Source of the DNA: an uncultured virus (IMG/VR IMGVR_UViG_2718218494_000001)
Lineage: Duplodnaviria; Heunggongvirae; Uroviricota; Caudoviricetes
Strand: one strand, 5' to 3'
DNA length: 64,000 nucleotides
IMG/VR virus record: IMGVR_UViG_2718218494_000001
A program made the translations under genes and the position numbers. The notes below the pieces were generated by a model. It was not told the DNA's origin. It worked only from the letters and a program-made list of their open reading frames with translations, and did not search any database. Position 1 is the stretch's first letter. Each line of letters opens with the position of its first letter. Of this stretch, positions 59,373-64,000 are shown piece by piece.

Positions 59373-59966
59373 ATGAGCGGAAAATACACCCTGATCTATG
59401 CGGATCCGCCTTGGGCATACCGCGACAAGGCAGCCGACGGTGACCGCGGCGCCGGTTTCAAGTATCCAGTGATGAATGTTCTGGATATCTGCAGGCTGCC
59501 GGTATGGGAGCTCGCCGCCGAAGATTGCCTTCTGGCTATGTGGTGGGTACCGACTCAGCCGGTAGAGGCGCTGAAAGTCATGGAGGCCTGGGGATTCCGC
59601 CTGATGACCATGAAGGGATTCACCTGGCACAAGACGAACAAGCATAAAGGGAACAGTGCGATCGGCATGGGCCATATGACCCGGGCGAACAGCGAAGACT
59701 GCCTGTTTGCGGTGCGCGGGAAACTACCGGCCCGCATGGACGCCTCGATCTGCCAGCACGTCACGGCGCCGCGCCTGGAGAACTCGCGCAAACCAGACGT
59801 TATCCGCGAGAAACTGGTGCAGCTGCTTGGCGATGTCCCACGCATTGAGCTCTTCGCACGCCAGTCGTCTCACGGTTTCGACGTGTGGGGGAATCAGTGC
59901 TCGTCGCCGGCGGTGGAGTTGCTGCCAGGCTGCGCCGTGCCAGTAGTGAAGACGGAGGCCGCATGA
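59373..59966 (+). CDS. MT-A70-family adenine methyltransferase
   Basis: YADPPW, SRKP, IELFAR, WGNQ. Confidence 0.9.
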   Translation: MSGKYTLIYADPPWAYRDKAADGDRGAGFKYPVMNVLDICRLPVWELAAEDCLLAMWWVPTQPVEALKVMEAWGFRLMTMKGFTWHKTNKHKGNSAIGMGHMTRANSEDCLFAVRGKLPARMDASICQHVTAPRLENSRKPDVIREKLVQLLGDVPRIELFARQSSHGFDVWGNQCSSPAVELLPGCAVPVVKTEAA

Positions 59967-60145
59967 CAACCATACTTTCAAACTTCCTGTGCGGTGCAGC
60001 GCTGATATGGCTGGGATACCTTGTCGTTCTGTTCATCCTTTGGGAGCGGCCTACACGTACTCATACAGCCTTTTTTGGCAGGTTATCGATACTTTTCGGC
60101 GTTGTGTGCGCGCTGGCAATGGCGCTCAAGGACGGTGCTGCATGA
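59963..60145 (+). CDS. Small two-TM membrane protein
   Basis: Start MTTILS with GGAGG RBS. Confidence 0.55.
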   Translation: MTTILSNFLCGAALIWLGYLVVLFILWERPTRTHTAFFGRLSILFGVVCALAMALKDGAA

Positions 60146-60333
60146 ACATTGCCGAAGAGGCCTCGCTGATACGACAACTCGAAGAGGCGCGCGCCATTAT
60201 CAACCAGAGGAATGGTGAGATCATTCACCTGCAGAGAGAAGCGGCGCGCTACCGTGAACAGCGGGATTCTGCAAACGCGATGGTTAAGTTCCTGCGTTGG
60301 CTCTTTGAGAATTCTTCGCAGGCGACACAATGA
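60142..60333 (+). CDS. Small coiled-coil protein
   Basis: Start MNIAEE; coupled ORF. Confidence 0.55.
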   Translation: MNIAEEASLIRQLEEARAIINQRNGEIIHLQREAARYREQRDSANAMVKFLRWLFENSSQATQ

Positions 60334-60349
60334 GCCGCCTCCGGGCGGA

Positions 60350-61600
60350 CTATTGTTCATTCATCCACTTTTCAAATGCAGACGGGGAGAACGGCACCAG
60401 GTCGTAATGCTCCCCGTTTATCCATGCATCAACCATATTTGCCCACTGCTGCAGCATGTAGGCCCGCTGCCGGGAATACTCGGCCTTGTTGTAAACTGCC
60501 CTCACGCCCTTCTGTTCATGCGCAAGCGCCTTCTCTATCCAGTCTGAAGGGAAACCCGCTTCATGCAAAAGCGTGCTCGCTGTGCGCCGCAGGTCGTGCA
60601 CTGTTAGAGGTTGCAGGTTCTCCCCAGCATCCGCTGCCGCAGCAACCGCGCGATCGATGACTGAGTTAAGAGCGGCATTGGATAACGGCTTACTGGTGCT
60701 GTAGCGACCTGGCAACAGATAATCACTCCCGCCGGCACACATCTGCAGGCCTACCATCAGATCCTGTGCCTGATGCGGAAGGTAGATGACATGCGACCGG
60801 CTTCCCTTCATCCTGTCAGATGGGATCGTCCAGGTTCCTTTGCTGAAATCCACCTCTTTCCACGTCGCCATGATGAACTCGGTTTTGCGCACCATCGTGA
60901 TCAGGATGAGCTTCACAGCCAGTTTTAAGGTTGGCAAAGTGCTGACGGTATCGAGAGACCTGAACAGCACGCCGATTTCTTCCGGCTGCAGGCAACGGTC
61001 ACGCGGTTTAAACATGGCGATCGCCGAAGGTTTGATATCTGCGGCCGGGTTGAATAACCCGTGCCCGCGGTCATTGGCGTACCGGTAAACGCTGCTGATG
61101 ATTTCACGCGCCTGCACCGCCGTCGCACGTCCGCCGCGCTCGACTATGCGATCGCAAAGATCACGCACCATAGGGGTCGTTATCTCGGACATCATTTTGT
61201 TTCCGAGAACAGGCAAAATATCCCTGTCGATAACTGATTGCTTCATAGCCCGCGTACTGTCAGCCAGGACCACATGTTTCATGTAGGCGTCGGTATGTAC
61301 CGTAAATGTTTCGGCGCCGCGGATCCGTTTGATACCGTCACGCTTCGCCGCAGCCGGCGACTGGCCTGCGTTCAGCAGCTTTTTAGCCGCTATCAGTTCA
61401 TCCCTGGCTTCGGCCAGCGTGATACCGTCACGACCATACTGACCGATAACCAGCGTCTCCCGGCGGCCGTTAATGCGGTAATCGTAACGAAACGAGATAG
61501 TGCCTGAGATCAGCACGGCTACATACAGTCCGTCGCGATCGGAGACCTTGTACATTTTGCCCTGCGGTTTCAGGTTTTTTAGTTTGGTATCGGTAAGCAC
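60350..61600 (-). CDS. int: P4-like tyrosine integrase
   Basis: Arm-binding N-terminus (D.DGLY), HDLRRT, LAH, VY. Confidence 0.95.
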   Translation of the reverse strand: MLTDTKLKNLKPQGKMYKVSDRDGLYVAVLISGTISFRYDYRINGRRETLVIGQYGRDGITLAEARDELIAAKKLLNAGQSPAAAKRDGIKRIRGAETFTVHTDAYMKHVVLADSTRAMKQSVIDRDILPVLGNKMMSEITTPMVRDLCDRIVERGGRATAVQAREIISSVYRYANDRGHGLFNPAADIKPSAIAMFKPRDRCLQPEEIGVLFRSLDTVSTLPTLKLAVKLILITMVRKTEFIMATWKEVDFSKGTWTIPSDRMKGSRSHVIYLPHQAQDLMVGLQMCAGGSDYLLPGRYSTSKPLSNAALNSVIDRAVAAAADAGENLQPLTVHDLRRTASTLLHEAGFPSDWIEKALAHEQKGVRAVYNKAEYSRQRAYMLQQWANMVDAWINGEHYDLVPFSPSAFEKWMNEQ

Positions 61601-61627
61601 ATTTCACCCGTGATGCATCATTTTTTC

Positions 61628-61677
61628 TGACGGTACGAGAGTATACCGTAATGGTAATACCGTCAGGTATACCGTCA
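61628..61677. repeat. Integrase arm-type sites (right)
   Basis: TGACGGTA, TACCGTAA, TACCGTCA x2. Confidence 0.7.
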
Positions 61678-61792
61678 AAAAATGTGAGATAGAGTGAATA
61701 GTGTTGAAGTGATATAAAGAAAAACCCCCTGTAAAAACAGAGGGTTGAATTTCAATTTGAGTAGATATGATTAGCTATAATGTAGCCGTTAA

Positions 61793-61800
61793 TCATTCCC
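61793..61800. other. Prophage right att junction
   Basis: TCATTCCC: left part of the guaA-type core. Confidence 0.8.
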
Positions 61801-62236
61801 CGTTACTGTGGATAATCAATATATTGTGTCTCTGGCAGTTGCTTTTCCTACCATATGTTGTCCCTCCCCGTTCTATTTTGTGATCGCACAGTGTGAAAAA
61901 CGACATCACAGTGGAGACGCTGCTGACGGGATGATGTTCATCCAGGGTCGTAAGATCGGCCGGTACTGGTTACCCGCCGGACGAAGGGCCGGCCAACGCG
62001 CAGCGTCGGTAGCTGGCTTTAAAAATGCCGGCGGAAACTTAAAGATTAAGCTGCATACTCTGCGAAATTTTGCAAATTTCACTCAACATGCTTCGTTCAG
62101 ATCCCAATAGAGCTTTCACCATCGCCTGTAATAGCCGCCCTGCTGCGTGATTACTCCGCTCATCGGGTTGCTGGCGACAAGCCAATACCTGTTCGTGACA
62201 GGCATTGATTGAACCGTTATCCCTAACTAATAATGT

Positions 62237-62910
62237 GCCGACGATGCAGGTGGGACCGTGGTCCCAGGCAGATAAGCTGACAGATGACGCAGGTGGGACC
62301 GTGGTCCCAGGCAGATAAGCTGACCGACGACGCAGGTGGGACCATGGTCCCAGGCAGATAACCTGACCGATGACGCAGGTGGGACCGTGGTCCCAGGGAG
62401 ATAACCTGACCGGCGATACAGGTGGGACCGTGGTCCCAGGCAGATTACCTGACCGATGACGCAGGTGGGACCGTGGTCCCAGACAGATAACCTGACCGAC
62501 GACGCAGGTGGGACCGTGGTCCCAGACAGATAAGCTGACCGATGACGCAGGTGAGACCGTGGTCCCAGACAGATAAGCTGACCGATGACGCAGGTGGGAC
62601 CGTGGTCCCAGGCAGATAACCTGACCGACGACGCAGGTGGGCCCGTGGTCCCAGTCAGATAACCTGACCGATGACGCAGGTGGGACCGTGGTCCCAGACA
62701 GATTACCTGACAGATGACGCAGGTGGGACCGTGGTCCCAGACAGATTACCTGACAGATGACGCAGGTGGGACCGTGGTCCCAGACAGATAACCTGACCGA
62801 CGACGCAGGTGGGACCGTGGTCCCAGGCAGATAACCTGACCGATGACGCAGGTGAGACCGTGGTCCCAGGCAGATAACCTGACCGACGATGCAGGTGGGA
62901 CCGTGGTCCC
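62237..62910. repeat. sopC: sopC centromere, 16 x 43-bp repeats
   Basis: Each unit carries the TGGGACCGTGGTCCCA palindrome; directly downstream of sopB. Confidence 0.97.
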
Positions 62911-63000
62911 AGAGAGAATATTCAGGCCAGTTATGTTTTCTGGCCTGTGAGAAAGGAAATGAAGTAAAGGGAGATAACCGTAGACTAAAGCGTGTCCGCA

Positions 63001-63972
63001 TTAGACTCCTGGTTTCTCAAGCTCCTTAAGAATGGCTTCTATTTTCTCTATACACTCCGCAGGAATGCGGGACTTATCCAGGTTAAGCACCATTTTATCG
63101 CCCTTATACAATGCTGTTGCCCCTGGAGCAAACTGATGACGTGAGCTCAGATTAACTCTTGATGCGGGAGATTGTTTCAGTACGGATGTTAAAAGACTAA
63201 TGACCTCTTCAGCTTCAAAGATTAGTCCCGCTTTCTTCTGATCGTGGAGAGTCTCAGCCTGCTGCTTCAGTAATTCTTCTTTATCTGCAAAAGCCTTCTG
63301 AAGGGCTTCACCTGACCGGGCAGACAGTTCTCCAGGATGTGCAAACAGGGCAACAACGGATTTAGGCAGTTTGGCCGTATTAATACAGCGGGTAATGATC
63401 TTACGAGAAATGTTTTCCGCATCGGCAAGCGCAGAAATATTTCCTGCAAACTCATTCTGCAGCCGGCTTGTATAACGCAGGCCACGTTCATAAGCACTCG
63501 TCGGCCGATAATCGTTACCCAGCCGGGACAATGCAGCCATCTGCTCATCGTCCAGTTCACCAACCAGAACGCGATAATCACTTTCCGTCAGGATTGCGGC
63601 TTTACGGCGACGGCTGCCGTCTGCAATTTCTATGACATCAGAAACCCGGCGGCCGAAAGCTGGAGTCTGCTGACCGGTCAGTAAAAATGAAGGTATGAGA
63701 TCATCCAGAGCATCTTCGGTAAGTAGTTCCTGATCACGCTCATTTCCTGACCATACGCGTGAGGCGCTCTCAACAGAGTCTCCCCGGAGCACCTCAAGGG
63801 TAAATTTTACTTCCCGTCCACATACCGGAAGAGAGATAGCATTACCGCGGGCCATAGCACCCACGCGCGCAATTAATGAATCCACCATCGGCGCGGCCGG
63901 CGCCGGTGATGAAGTATCTTCAGTCGATTGAGTATGTGTGGTATGCCTTGGAATGACAGGGGCACGCTTCAT
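63001..63972 (-). CDS. sopB: Plasmid partition protein SopB
   Basis: [27 protein letters not shown]; 323 aa. Confidence 0.97.
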   Translation of the reverse strand: MKRAPVIPRHTTHTQSTEDTSSPAPAAPMVDSLIARVGAMARGNAISLPVCGREVKFTLEVLRGDSVESASRVWSGNERDQELLTEDALDDLIPSFLLTGQQTPAFGRRVSDVIEIADGSRRRKAAILTESDYRVLVGELDDEQMAALSRLGNDYRPTSAYERGLRYTSRLQNEFAGNISALADAENISRKIITRCINTAKLPKSVVALFAHPGELSARSGEALQKAFADKEELLKQQAETLHDQKKAGLIFEAEEVISLLTSVLKQSPASRVNLSSRHQFAPGATALYKGDKMVLNLDKSRIPAECIEKIEAILKELEKPGV

Positions 63973-64000
63973 TATCTAATCTCCCAGCGTGGTTTAATCA
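63972..64000 (-). CDS. sopA: 3' end of SopA (partial)
   Basis: ...[12 protein letters not shown] overlapping the sopB start. Confidence 0.85.

Larger units (their letters stand above)
22029..61800. mobile_element. Integrated epsilon15/SPC32H-like temperate podophage (~39.8 kb), gene set apparently complete
   Basis: Integrase, RecT, repressor/Cro, replication, terminase, portal, capsid, tail, ejection proteins, tailspike, lysis; att junctions at both ends. Confidence 0.93.

Noticed and set aside
62039..63001. 320-aa repetitive ORF, or a CRISPR-like array
   Set aside because: It is the translation of tandem 43-bp sopC repeats; units are near-identical with no unique spacers and no cas genes
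22029..64000. Whole element as a P1/N15-type phage-plasmid
   Set aside because: The phage has its own integrase and att junctions inside an otherwise ordinary F-like backbone

Overview
Segment of an F-like enterobacterial plasmid (probably Klebsiella IncF). It runs from the conjugative leading region (higBA-like TA, hok/sok, psiAB, ParB-like, ssb, klcA, holE-like) through umuDC to sopC/sopB. A complete-looking ~39.8 kb epsilon15/SPC32H-like temperate podophage (22029-61800) has integrated into this backbone. The prophage junctions reconstitute a guaA-type attP core (TCATTCCCACTCAAT) but share only CCC with the plasmid, so this is a secondary-site integration. Three smaller mobile elements each hit a functional site: an IS481-family element in the hok Shine-Dalgarno, a group II intron at the edge of the umuDC LexA box, and a tnpB-only IS200/IS605 element in a dead stbD-like gene. 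Best candidates for undescribed biology: (i) a ~680 nt repressor-controlled, modular structured non-coding RNA array (45489-46168) with two paralogous covarying pseudoknot modules, ahead of a Gp49/Sf6-gp66-family gene; (ii) a group II intron whose putative EBS1/EBS2 read the LexA consensus; (iii) a tandem antirepressor locus with a damaged SOS box and a C4/CI-type antisense RNA; (iv) unexplained repeated phage motifs (GTGACATGTCAC x3 and a five-copy promoter motif). All family assignments come from reading the sequence and from recall; no database search or folding program was run.
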